Virus record (IMG/VR): IMGVR_UViG_3300047510_003167
Coordinates: 1 to 64,000 of that record
Reading direction: 5' to 3' (one strand)
DNA: 64,000 nt
Source of the DNA: a virus
Positions 47,586 to 57,379 of the stretch are shown in pieces. The notes under the pieces were generated by a model. The model was given only the letters and a program-made list of their open reading frames with translations. It was not told the DNA's origin and searched no databases. Position 1 is the stretch's first letter. Each line of letters begins with the position of its first letter. A program made the translations under genes and the position numbers.

Positions 47586-48842
47586 TCAGGCCGGAACCAG
47601 CTCTTTAGCACCCTTCTTCCGGCGCGTCCTGCTCTTGGTGCGCTTCGGCTCCTTGATCTCAGCCTTCACCGACACCTCCTGGAAGACGCCATCAAACTGA
47701 GCAGCGACCGTATCCCAGTCGAACTGAGGATCCGTCACGCGTTTGTAGCAGGCATCAGCGGTGCGCTGCAGCTCCTCACGGTCGTGGTAAAGCTCATTAA
47801 GGATCTCAGTGAGATGTTCATGAGACGGACAGGGCATTTCCCGTGAGTAGTTCACGTCTACATCAACGTGGTCGCAACGGATCAGCTTGCCATATCCCTC
47901 AAAAATTTCCTTGCAAGACGTATGATCAGGCACCACCTGGGCGACACCACAGGCAGCATGTTCAAAGTTGACCAGGCCCCAGCCCTCCCCTTTGCAGGTA
48001 TTGACGCCAACGTCGGCGCAGTTGTAGATGGTGTTGAGCAGCTCCACCTCAACCGCCGGGGGATTATGCGTATTGCCCGTCATGATGATGCGATTGTTTG
48101 GGTCAATACCCCTCCGCCCCATCTCCCTGGCGAAGACCTGCATGACATCCCAACCTTGATCTTTCATCCCCATGTGGAGATAGAGCATCGCTTCTGGCTT
48201 ATCTTTTGCAAATTCAGCAAAGCCCGCAATGGTGATGTCAATCCGCTTACGGAACTGATTGCGGTTTGCGTTCAGCACAATGAAAGCATCCTCCCGCAAC
48301 CCCAGCTCTTTCCGCGCTTGAAGTTTGTCCTTGGGATAAAACTGACCTTTAGTGACGCCATGGGGGATCACATCAATCGGACGACGAATGCCACCCGCAA
48401 TAAATTCATGCGCACCAAAGTCCGTGTATGAGATCACTGCATCCCAGGCATTGGCAGTATCAGCCAAACACCCAGTCCAGGCGTAGCTATCCATGGGGGA
48501 GTAGCCCACAAATTTAAATTTCTTCTGCTCATGCAGATCCTGGATGCGCCGGTACTGTTCATTAATGATCCACATGTCATTAATGGTGAAGACAATGTCC
48601 GGCTTCTCATTTTCTACAACTTCCCGAATGCGGTCCTCAGCAAAAGGCGCCGTCTGAAAACGGTTGGTCGCCGGATAAATCTTGTACTCATCTTGCAAGG
48701 GATCAGGATCCCCGTGGTAGTTACACCCCAATACCACTACTTCATACTTATCTTTAATTCGTGCAAGAACATTTTCCGTTACACGGCTAAAGCCTGTGCG
48801 AGCAATAATGTCACCCACCCAGAGCAGCTTTTGTTTCGTCAT
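47586..48842 (-). CDS. Glycosyltransferase, GT-B fold (GT4-like)
   Basis: TGFSRV...IPHGV...NRNQFRKRID...GEGWGLVNFEHAACGVAQV. Confidence 0.85.
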   Translation of the reverse strand: MTKQKLLWVGDIIARTGFSRVTENVLARIKDKYEVVVLGCNYHGDPDPLQDEYKIYPATNRFQTAPFAEDRIREVVENEKPDIVFTINDMWIINEQYRRIQDLHEQKKFKFVGYSPMDSYAWTGCLADTANAWDAVISYTDFGAHEFIAGGIRRPIDVIPHGVTKGQFYPKDKLQARKELGLREDAFIVLNANRNQFRKRIDITIAGFAEFAKDKPEAMLYLHMGMKDQGWDVMQVFAREMGRRGIDPNNRIIMTGNTHNPPAVEVELLNTIYNCADVGVNTCKGEGWGLVNFEHAACGVAQVVPDHTSCKEIFEGYGKLIRCDHVDVDVNYSREMPCPSHEHLTEILNELYHDREELQRTADACYKRVTDPQFDWDTVAAQFDGVFQEVSVKAEIKEPKRTKSRTRRKKGAKELVPA

Positions 48843-48936
48843 TCAGATAGTGAATTCTCAATTAACTATACATAAATAACAAACAACTTGAACCTCAGTC
48901 TTTTGTGTAGTAAACTTTTTAATTTAGAGTTCCGTC

Positions 48937-49473
48937 ATGCCCGCCCCTCTTTTATTAGAAATTACTCTTTTTGATATTCAAAACCGTCAAGGTCTAATGA
49001 CAAAACACGTTTTATACAATACCTGGAGAGGGATGATTGAAAGATGTAAAAATCCAAAGTCTCCTAATTATAAACGCTATGGAGGGCAAGGGATTTCTGT
49101 TTATCTTGAATGGCAAGATAAATCTAGACATCCTGTTTACAAACGTTGGAGCAAAGGTTTTTGTTGTTTTTTAAACTACATTGAAAAGTTTTTAGGAGAA
49201 AAACCCAAAGGCTTTTCTCTTGATCGCCTTGATAGCAATGGTAATTATTCTCCGGGTAATTTAAGATGGGCCAGTCCTTCCTTGCAAAAGAAAAATCAAA
49301 CCGTTTCAAACCTTACAGGTTATAAGTATGTTTATAAAGTAGCAAATTCAGCTTCTTGGCAAGGCGAATACAAGAATGGAAACTTAAGAGTTTACGTTGG
49401 TTGTTTTAAAACCAAAGAGCAGGCTTATTTTTCTGTTTTAGCTCATCGTTTAGAGAAAATGTGGCCTTTCTAA
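48937..49473 (+). CDS. HNH homing-endonuclease-like protein with AP2-like C-terminus (start probably 48997)
   Basis: YNTWRGMIERC.NP....YKRYGGQGI...SLDRLDSNGNYSPGNLRWA; AT-rich and antisense to its neighbours. Confidence 0.8.
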   Translation: MPAPLLLEITLFDIQNRQGLMTKHVLYNTWRGMIERCKNPKSPNYKRYGGQGISVYLEWQDKSRHPVYKRWSKGFCCFLNYIEKFLGEKPKGFSLDRLDSNGNYSPGNLRWASPSLQKKNQTVSNLTGYKYVYKVANSASWQGEYKNGNLRVYVGCFKTKEQAYFSVLAHRLEKMWPF

Positions 49474-49820
49474 TTTCTAAATACTTTTCTTTGTATTTCT
49501 TTTTCTTCCGAGTCTCTTGCTTTGAGTTTGTTTTTTAAAAATTCAGCAGCTTTATGAGAATTGGTCGTATCACCACACGTGTACAAATCAATAGCACAGT
49601 ATCCTTCGCAGGGCCATGAATGCAAAGAGCAATGCGACTCCGCCAGTAGTGCCAACAACGTCACTCCTTGCGGCTTAAATTTCTCACCGATAATCCGAAT
49701 GATGGTTGCGTTTGACATCTGGAGTGCCACCTCCATCAGTCGTTGAAGCTCCTCATAGTCATCAAGAAGCTTCTTGTCGCAACCATACAAATCTAAGATT
49801 AAGTGCCGACCATTACTCAT
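49470..49820 (-). CDS. speD: S-adenosylmethionine decarboxylase proenzyme
   Basis: GRHLILDLYGC...F.PQGVT...LLAESHCSLHSWP..GY.AIDLYTCG. Confidence 0.92.
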   Translation of the reverse strand: MSNGRHLILDLYGCDKKLLDDYEELQRLMEVALQMSNATIIRIIGEKFKPQGVTLLALLAESHCSLHSWPCEGYCAIDLYTCGDTTNSHKAAEFLKNKLKARDSEEKEIQRKVFRN

Positions 49821-52464
49821 TCACTTGTTTTAAATCATCTTCCATTCTCGCATTATCATTCGTCAATAATTCAGCGCCATAAAATTCTTTATATTCATCT
49901 TTATTGGAAGCGACCTCCACCAAGCTGGGATAGTTCTCGTACTTAGGACTGGACGACCGTACGGCAATGTTGAACACCTTGAGTCCACGCGTTGTTCGCT
50001 TGGAATAGACATTCATCCCCAACTGGTTGATGCAGATGTCCAGCAGCAGGGGTTCAAATCGATTCCTCGACATGATGCCCACATTACATTCACGACAGAA
50101 CTCGGCATAACTTGCATACAGCCATGTGTCACTATTGGCATAAACATTCGATCCACCCGACGGTGCAAACTTGGTAAAACCAATCGCCGTCATGATGCCT
50201 GGATCAAAGATAGTTTTGTGATCCATCCAATCCAGCAGTGGGTTCGACCTGAGGTTCTGCAGCTTGGCATATTTCTTGAAGAACGACACGCGCTTCTCGG
50301 TTTCCATTAGGTAGGAACGCATGTCCTCCTCCGACATATCCAACAACCAATTCACCAGCCCTGGGAGCAAAGGCGCAAACTCACCCTGCGGCTCCCCTTT
50401 GGAATTGAACTTAATCAACTCCTTCTGTTCATTAGGACCACCAGTGAACGGACGATCAAATGGAATGGTCAAACGACGACGTGCCAAACCAGACGTGTAG
50501 TCCGTCGATTGAATAGCTTCGTTTGCTGTAATGATCACAACACCCTTGAATTGAAAAGGCTCCTGATTCTCATTCTGATATTTGCGTTCACTACGGATCC
50601 AGTCATTACCCGTAATTGCTTTCAACCGAGAAACCGATCCGCCCCACCGATCAGCATCCTGGAACAGCAGCAGCTTCTTACCCATGTATCCAGCAGCTTC
50701 AAAGCGGTTCTTCTCCAGGTTCTCAAAGTCCGTCGAATAGACGTTCTTCTTACCAACCAGTGCCACCGCCAAGTTTGCGTAGGTGGACTTACCAGATTTC
50801 CCTGGGCCGACAATCTCCACAAACTTTTGCATTTCGTAACGACCCAGCAGCGTTGCCCGCAGCCAGGCCCTCAACACCTGGGTGCGATCCCAGCTATCCC
50901 GTTGCACATGCTTCAACCACTTAACAATTTCTTCACAAGTTGCAGACGGATCATACGGGTACGGCATCTGCTGCACCAAGTAGAAGTCCCGCTTGAACGG
51001 CAGCAGCTCCCGCGTCTCAACATTCAACACCCCATTGGTAAACAGCAGGAACTGGTTGCCTTCATACCAATCTTTAAAGTGAAGTGTCGATTGAAGCTGA
51101 TCGTGAACATCATTGATCAGTTTTGTGGTAAAGCCTGAGAGCAGGCTGCCCCTCATCATCGACAGCTTGGCGCGAATATCACCTAAGATTTCGACCTTCG
51201 TGAGGGGGGACCAGAGGCCACGCGCCTCTGACTCGTACATAAAAAATTGACCATGCCGTATGCTATACACTAAATTCCCCTGGTACAGCCCAAGCAAGGC
51301 ATCCGTAATTACATCAGATGAAACATTCCGTGGCTTGTAGTCTTCCTCTTTCCCTTTTTGTTTTGATTGCTGTTTTACCGCAGGCTTCTGTTGCTGCGTC
51401 CACATATTCTCGGCAACCTTACCAACCGGTTCCAGAGCTTGAGATAAAGCCATTTCCATTTCCTCGTCAAATTGAGCCTGTAATTGAGCCGCCCGCTCTA
51501 ATGTCTCATCATCAACATTCAACGCACGGTAGTCCTGTGAAGGACGCCAGCCATTTTCCTGGGCAATGTGAATGAGGGAGCCCATGCCCCTGCCACCACC
51601 TTTACTAAAGGAACGCCACCGCCTCTGGCATTCACCATCCCTATACTTTTCCGACTGCTTAGACCATTCTTCCCACACATCAAGCAGCGATTCATCCAGT
51701 GAGTGAAGCGCCTGACCGACCGTGATCCAAATGTCGTAGTCATCTGCAGCCTCTGGGGGCAACGACCAAGTTGCTTCCTCCGCCAGTTTCATGTCACGCT
51801 CAAGTGACACCTCTGACTGAACAACGAACGTAGGACCAACAATCCGGGTGGTTTCCTTTGATGGAATCCCCTGCTTAACATTCTTATTAATGATTGCGTT
51901 CAGCAACCATTCCGGAAATTCAGGCAGCTCATCAACCCACTCAAACCCCTGGTCAACATCCGTAAAGTAACCGTCCGTTTCTGGGTGCAGACCCATTAGC
52001 ACACCCTGGTGCCGCTTCCAAAGAATCTCCAGTTTTTCTTTATCACCTTCCGCGTGCCACGTGTATTTATTACGGGCAAAATGCTTGTGGCTATCCCTGC
52101 TGAGTTTGTAAAGTTTCCTTTCCCTTCCTTCTTTACCGCTTTTAATTGTCAGTGTTTTTGGCAGGGCCTTAACGAATTCAACTCCAGCGAGTGACTCGAT
52201 GAGGTCATAGACGGTAGGGCCATCAACATCGACCCAGACCAAACCATAAGGCAGATTGAAGACAGGCCCACCAATGAGGCCAACAGCTTTACAGGATCCA
52301 CTTACAATCTCCTCTTCAATTTCACGAATACTAAACGGCTTACCCTGCCAGCCTGCAATGTAAGGATCCTTGTTACCACCCAAGGGAGTCAGGGGCCAAT
52401 CTGCAGACAAATAATCGAGCCGTATTTCTCCCGGCTGAAGAGCTAACTGATTCCGACTCGTCAT
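49813..52464 (-). CDS. Primase-helicase (Prim-Pol, PriCT-2, D5-like SF3 helicase)
   Basis: WVDVDG; DYDIWITVGQALH...WSKQS.KY; LLFTNGVL; Walker A GPGKSGKST. Confidence 0.88.
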   Translation of the reverse strand: MTSRNQLALQPGEIRLDYLSADWPLTPLGGNKDPYIAGWQGKPFSIREIEEEIVSGSCKAVGLIGGPVFNLPYGLVWVDVDGPTVYDLIESLAGVEFVKALPKTLTIKSGKEGRERKLYKLSRDSHKHFARNKYTWHAEGDKEKLEILWKRHQGVLMGLHPETDGYFTDVDQGFEWVDELPEFPEWLLNAIINKNVKQGIPSKETTRIVGPTFVVQSEVSLERDMKLAEEATWSLPPEAADDYDIWITVGQALHSLDESLLDVWEEWSKQSEKYRDGECQRRWRSFSKGGGRGMGSLIHIAQENGWRPSQDYRALNVDDETLERAAQLQAQFDEEMEMALSQALEPVGKVAENMWTQQQKPAVKQQSKQKGKEEDYKPRNVSSDVITDALLGLYQGNLVYSIRHGQFFMYESEARGLWSPLTKVEILGDIRAKLSMMRGSLLSGFTTKLINDVHDQLQSTLHFKDWYEGNQFLLFTNGVLNVETRELLPFKRDFYLVQQMPYPYDPSATCEEIVKWLKHVQRDSWDRTQVLRAWLRATLLGRYEMQKFVEIVGPGKSGKSTYANLAVALVGKKNVYSTDFENLEKNRFEAAGYMGKKLLLFQDADRWGGSVSRLKAITGNDWIRSERKYQNENQEPFQFKGVVIITANEAIQSTDYTSGLARRRLTIPFDRPFTGGPNEQKELIKFNSKGEPQGEFAPLLPGLVNWLLDMSEEDMRSYLMETEKRVSFFKKYAKLQNLRSNPLLDWMDHKTIFDPGIMTAIGFTKFAPSGGSNVYANSDTWLYASYAEFCRECNVGIMSRNRFEPLLLDICINQLGMNVYSKRTTRGLKVFNIAVRSSSPKYENYPSLVEVASNKDEYKEFYGAELLTNDNARMEDDLKQVNE

Positions 52465-52646
52465 ACCAGCTGGGACTCCTTGACCTCTACTTTAAACTGT
52501 CGCTCAGGGAACGAAGCGTTTTTTACAATCCAAAAAATGTGTTCATGCATGGGAGTGGGAAGACAAAACAAGTCCCCATCAGCCGCATCATGCATGCGAC
52601 CCATGAGACTATTGGCCCACTCCCCAGGGAAAATATGGATTTCCAT
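52461..52646 (-). CDS. Small hypothetical protein
   Basis: 61 aa, coupled to the primase. Confidence 0.55.
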   Translation of the reverse strand: MEIHIFPGEWANSLMGRMHDAADGDLFCLPTPMHEHIFWIVKNASFPERQFKVEVKESQLV

Positions 52647-52721
52647 GGGGGCTTCTGTTTGGTGTTTTCTTATCCTACGGTCACCAATCCAAAAGGATCG
52701 TGATCTTTTTCTGTAAATCAG

Positions 52722-52739
52722 TAAGTCTTATTGGACTCA
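52722..52739. promoter_or_regulatory. Second copy of the operator-like site (inverted)
   Basis: TAAGTCTTATTGGACTCA, reverse complement TGAGTCCAATAAGACTTA. Confidence 0.6.
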
Positions 52740-52922
52740 TCTGCAACAGCTCTTCTTTTGTCGATCAACTTTTCATAAATATTTACAGCCTGTTCTCCAG
52801 TGCTCAAGGCACAGTCTGCAGCCACAGACCAGGCCACGCGCTTAAAATGTTTTTCAGAATCAATTTTATTTTTATTCACAAGTATGTTAAAGCTAAAATT
52901 AATCTAAGCCATCAAAATAAAC

Positions 52923-53162
52923 ATGGAATTCGCCGGTAAATACGCAGGCAAAGGCTCTGAGCGTGGTCAAACCCAACGTGCCGCTGGCATGGCTCGTGCC
53001 GCTGAAAACAAAGCCGCTGCCAAAGCTCGCGTCGAAGAAAAGAAATCTTCTATCGCTGCCCGCAAAGCTGAAGCTGCCAAGACCCGTCCCGCACCCAAGG
53101 GCTCCAAAGCCACTGGTACCGCTAAGTCTGCAGCCGGTCGTGCTAAGCGTCCCGCTAAATAA
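52923..53162 (+). CDS. Histone-H1-like K/A/R-rich small protein
   Basis: 79 aa, very basic, strong codon bias, TAAAAT upstream. Confidence 0.7.
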   Translation: MEFAGKYAGKGSERGQTQRAAGMARAAENKAAAKARVEEKKSSIAARKAEAAKTRPAPKGSKATGTAKSAAGRAKRPAK

Positions 53163-53973
53163 GATCAGGATCTGATTGACCAAACTCGTCAATCTGGTTG
53201 TAATACTCTTCAACGATCTGCAGCCAATCTCCCTGGAGGCTATCCAAAAACCTCCGGGAGATTTTAAATACTTGTGTGCGTAATGGCGTTGACACAAGGA
53301 TGGCGGCCTGCTGGACCCTCATCCCAAGTGTTTGCTCAATTGCCAGGTCATACGCAGCAAGTTGTTTGCAGGTTTTTTTAAATTTCAAATGCCCGCCAAG
53401 GAGATCTCTCCATTCCGGAGAGCCTTTCTCCAGGTGACTAGGCCACTTCCTGCTGTACGGCTTAACACTTGTCTTCAAGTCGGCAAGGGTTAATTTATTG
53501 TTTGCAACACCGATGATGTCAGGGGCACCAGCCCAGGCCCTACCTTTTTCATCACATCCCCACACCCTGGCGACTTCATCAGAGCCGATCGTGTAATTAA
53601 ACTTTTCCAGCACCGGGGATTCAGCCCACAACACCTCCTGGAACTGATCCAGAATTGACGGCATCCCCGCCCAGAACTCCTTATATTCGTCCTTAATATC
53701 AGGAGATTTATTCCCTTTTAGGTACTGCTCCATCCCGTAGTGGATTGCTGTACCCCTTTCGGCAGCTTGCTCCTTCACTCCAGGGTTTGCTTTGGACCAC
53801 ATCTCCAACTTTTTCTTGTTGGCTTCCGATGCAGTTTCTGAAATGATTGTGGTTACTGACGGAGCAGGACCCGTCGGCAGAGGTGTGACATAATGACGTT
53901 TGCCATTAAGTGTAATTCGTGCCGGACTTTGATTCAGCTTTTCAAGGCTGTGGTGCCACTGCTTTAATGTCAA
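53155..53973 (-). CDS. PD-(D/E)xK exonuclease
   Basis: PSVTTII...AERGTAIH...AGAPD...LADLKTS...QLAAY. Confidence 0.85.
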   Translation of the reverse strand: MTLKQWHHSLEKLNQSPARITLNGKRHYVTPLPTGPAPSVTTIISETASEANKKKLEMWSKANPGVKEQAAERGTAIHYGMEQYLKGNKSPDIKDEYKEFWAGMPSILDQFQEVLWAESPVLEKFNYTIGSDEVARVWGCDEKGRAWAGAPDIIGVANNKLTLADLKTSVKPYSRKWPSHLEKGSPEWRDLLGGHLKFKKTCKQLAAYDLAIEQTLGMRVQQAAILVSTPLRTQVFKISRRFLDSLQGDWLQIVEEYYNQIDEFGQSDPDLI

Positions 53974-54305
53974 TGCGTATTACAGGCCTTAAACCTGATG
54001 TATTACATATATTTTAACGTAATATAAAAAGAAACCATGCAAGACTACGATCCCCTCGGTGACTTAATGGCCGTAATCGTCGGCGCACTTATCTTCACCA
54101 TCGTTGTAGACGTTATATTAATTGCGTCAGATCCCAGTGTTTTCCAGTGATGGCAGCAAATCTGACTCGTTTCTATTTCAATGAATTCCCCTCTTCTGTC
54201 GAAGAGGGAAAAGCTTTTGTTGATATCGAAACACTTGAGGCAGATGAATATGAAATTGACTTGAAGGACCAAGAAGTCGACTACACCCGCATTGATTTTT
54301 AATAC

Positions 54306-55145
54306 ATGACTACCAAGACTGTTGCCATCCTTTCCCTCTGGCGCGATAGCGAATCGTACATTGAACGGTCCCTTGCACAGTTTGATGCGCTCCAAGAAAC
54401 CTTGCTTGGCCAAGGTATTGCAACGGTCTACGGCTTCTTTGAGAATGATTCCAAGGACAACACTGCCCACATCCTCCAATCCTGGTTGAAAAACCAAATT
54501 GGTTTCGTCGTATCCGAACGAATCGATGCCCCCCGCTGGGGAAGTGTTGCATCCCTAGAACGTGTTCGGTATCAGGCACGGTACCGCAATGCCGCACTTG
54601 ATCTTCTTGATAATTATCACTACGACTATCTGTTGGTTGCCGATAGTGACATCTATTGGACACCCGATCTAGTCATGGGAATGATAGAAAAGTTGGACGA
54701 TAATCCCTCCTATGGAATGATTTCCCCCAACACGACGCAAAATGTTCCTGATTTTATTGGTGGCACCGACAAAGAATCCTATTTCGACAGCTGGTCACTC
54801 CTTGATTTAGACGGTAATCAGTGCATGACGTTTGCAGCCAACCCCTTCTTGCGTTCAGAAGACCGCAAACTTTGGGACGCCAAAAAACCAGTATCCTGCA
54901 ACAGCGCTTTCGGATCCATCGCCCTGGTTAAATCAGAAGCCCTCGATGCGGGAGATGTCTACTGGAGTGTGGTTGATGGCGTTGAGCACTGGGAATTTTG
55001 TAGGCGAATTCGTGAGGCAGGCTTTGAAGTTATTGCCGACCCCACCCTTAGTGCCAAGGTGATCCACAAAGAGGACGTTGTCCCCCACCCAGAGATTGTT
55101 GAGCTTCACCGGCAACGCCTCAGTACATTCTTAAACAATCGTTAA
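54306..55145 (+). CDS. GT-A fold glycosyltransferase
   Basis: FENDSKDNT...ARYRN...VADSD (DxD)...YFDSW...SAFGSIAL...VEH. Confidence 0.78.
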   Translation: MTTKTVAILSLWRDSESYIERSLAQFDALQETLLGQGIATVYGFFENDSKDNTAHILQSWLKNQIGFVVSERIDAPRWGSVASLERVRYQARYRNAALDLLDNYHYDYLLVADSDIYWTPDLVMGMIEKLDDNPSYGMISPNTTQNVPDFIGGTDKESYFDSWSLLDLDGNQCMTFAANPFLRSEDRKLWDAKKPVSCNSAFGSIALVKSEALDAGDVYWSVVDGVEHWEFCRRIREAGFEVIADPTLSAKVIHKEDVVPHPEIVELHRQRLSTFLNNR

Positions 55146-56153
55146 ATCATACGCCACCATTTCTTCGACGAGGTTCTCAAGGCTGGTCGTAGGCTCCCAG
55201 CCCAAACAATTTTTTGCCTTGGAAGCATCCCCAAGAAGCGTATCTACCTCCGCCGGACGGTAGTATTCCGGATTAATTTGAATCACAGTTTTATTCAAAG
55301 CCCGGCTGTAACCAATTTCAGTTACCCCTTCGCCAATCCAAACAAGATCCAGATCCAAGTAGTCGGAAGCCATTTCGCAAAACCGACGCACACTTGTCTG
55401 TTTCCCTGTAGCCACAACGTAATCACTGGGCGTATCCTGCTGGAGCATCAGGTACATTGCTTCGACATAGTCACGGGCATGACCCCAATCCCTTAGGGCA
55501 TCCAGGTTGCCAAGCTCCAACACCTCCTGTTTACCCTTCATCACTGACACCAAACCCTTGGTGATCTTTTTTGTAACAAACTCTTCACCACGCACCGGAC
55601 TTTCGTGGTTGAAAAGGATGCCATTGCATCCAAACAACCCATAGCTTTCACGGTAATTAACCGTCAACCAATAGCCAAACAACTTGGCAACCCCATAGGG
55701 ACTGCGTGGATGGAAATAAGTTTCTTCATTTTGCGGAACCTGCCGCACCTTGCCAAACATTTCAGAAGTCGATGCTTGGTAGAAAGCAGGAACAACGGGT
55801 GCATTACGGCAAGCTTCAAGAATATTTAAGACTCCAAGGGCATTGGTATGTGCTGTGCTACCAGGAGACTTAAAGCTGACGCCGACATGGCTCTGGGCAG
55901 CCAAGTTGTACACCTCGGTCGGTAAGTAGTTTGCAACCAGTCGCCCCAGCGAGGTGGCATCAGTCATATCCGAGTATTCCAAGGTCAATTTCTTGGGAAT
56001 TTCTCCACCAAAAATCCACTTCAGCTTGGAAGTATGGTTGGGATTTGCATTGTTTCGCACCAATCCCAGCACGTCATATCCTTTATCGACCAGCAATTTC
56101 GCCAGGTAAGCACCATCTTGTCCGGTAATGCCTGTGACTAATGCTCTTGCCAT
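55131..56153 (-). CDS. gmd: GDP-mannose 4,6-dehydratase
   Basis: ALVTGITGQDGAYL...YNLAAQSHV...YQASTSEMFG...PRSPYGVAKL...NHESP...RDWGHARDY. Confidence 0.95.
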   Translation of the reverse strand: MARALVTGITGQDGAYLAKLLVDKGYDVLGLVRNNANPNHTSKLKWIFGGEIPKKLTLEYSDMTDATSLGRLVANYLPTEVYNLAAQSHVGVSFKSPGSTAHTNALGVLNILEACRNAPVVPAFYQASTSEMFGKVRQVPQNEETYFHPRSPYGVAKLFGYWLTVNYRESYGLFGCNGILFNHESPVRGEEFVTKKITKGLVSVMKGKQEVLELGNLDALRDWGHARDYVEAMYLMLQQDTPSDYVVATGKQTSVRRFCEMASDYLDLDLVWIGEGVTEIGYSRALNKTVIQINPEYYRPAEVDTLLGDASKAKNCLGWEPTTSLENLVEEMVAYDLTIV

Positions 56154-56188
56154 TTAGATTTATGCTTATACTTTTACTATAACCATAA

Positions 56189-57379
56189 TTGAAAGCAAAA
56201 GAAATGACGAAATTTGATTGGCCCCTCCAAAAGAACACCATCGGCTGGAGCGAAAAGATGGCCTTAATTAAATTTCTTCTAACCAGTGACCGGTTTACAA
56301 ATGGACCCAAGTGCAAAGAGTTTGAACAAGCGTGGTCCCGATGGGAAGGCTGTCAGTACTCCCTGTTCGTAAGCAGTGGCTCAACTGCTAACACCCTTTT
56401 GCTTGACGCTGTTCACGAAAAGTATTTTTCTCAGACCCCCAAATTAAAAATCTTGGCGCCAGCCATCAACTGGGCAACCAACATCTCAACATTCCGCCAG
56501 CAAGGACACGACATATCCTTCTATGACATCGACTACAAAACCTATTCACCAACCGTAGAATCCATCAACCACCATAAAAATGTACTGGACTTTACGCCAG
56601 ACATTATTTATGTCACGCACATCATGGGGATTGCCGCCGATCTTGCGGTGTTTAAACAAGAGTGGCCCGATGCAATCATCCTTGAAGACTGCTGCGAATC
56701 GCATGGAGCCAAAACTCTTACCAATCGAAAGGTAGGCACCGAAGGACTTGGCTCAACCTTTTCCTTCTACTTTGGACACCACATGACCACCGTTGAGGGT
56801 GGCATGGTTTGCACCGATGACGAAGAGTTGTACAACTTAATGCGAGCCAAACGCTCCCATGGAATGTCCAGGGAAATGATCTCACCCTACAAGGAGCGAG
56901 AAGAAGCACTGGCTCCGTCCATTGATCCGATGTTTCTGTTTCCAACCCTTGGTTACAACTTCAGAAACACAGAGCTTGGCGCTGTGCTTGGCCTTTGCCA
57001 ACTCCCAAAGCTTGATCATTACAACAAACGTCGCGCTGAAAACTATGAAGCCTTCGTTCATTACCTGTCCAACCACCCCTGGATCCAATACTTCCCCAAA
57101 GTTTGTGGTAATAGTGCCATGACCCTTCCGTTTCATTGCCATACTGAATGGCAACGAGATGAGCTAAAAATTCTTTTTACCCAAATGGGTATTGAAACTC
57201 GGCCTTTTCTTGTAGGCAACCTGCTCAAACAACCGTTCATGCAGTGGTACAAAAAGGACTGCCCATTACCCAATAGTGAACGTATCCACACACACTCTTT
57301 TTACATAGGCAACAACCACTTTGTTACCATTGAAGATATCAAGAACATGGCAACGGTAGCCCACCAATGCGCATCTTAA
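56189..57379 (-). other. No minus-strand gene here; the coding strand is + (see next entry)
   Basis: Only short shadow ORFs (56718..56945, 56882..57154) lie on the minus strand. Confidence 0.3.
56189..57379 (+). CDS. DegT/DnrJ-family PLP enzyme, ColD-type GDP-4-keto-6-deoxymannose 3-dehydratase
   Basis: VSSGSTAN...EDCCESHGA...SFYFGHHMTTVEGG, with His where aminotransferases have the Schiff-base Lys; adjacent to gmd. Confidence 0.8.
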   Translation: MKAKEMTKFDWPLQKNTIGWSEKMALIKFLLTSDRFTNGPKCKEFEQAWSRWEGCQYSLFVSSGSTANTLLLDAVHEKYFSQTPKLKILAPAINWATNISTFRQQGHDISFYDIDYKTYSPTVESINHHKNVLDFTPDIIYVTHIMGIAADLAVFKQEWPDAIILEDCCESHGAKTLTNRKVGTEGLGSTFSFYFGHHMTTVEGGMVCTDDEELYNLMRAKRSHGMSREMISPYKEREEALAPSIDPMFLFPTLGYNFRNTELGAVLGLCQLPKLDHYNKRRAENYEAFVHYLSNHPWIQYFPKVCGNSAMTLPFHCHTEWQRDELKILFTQMGIETRPFLVGNLLKQPFMQWYKKDCPLPNSERIHTHSFYIGNNHFVTIEDIKNMATVAHQCAS

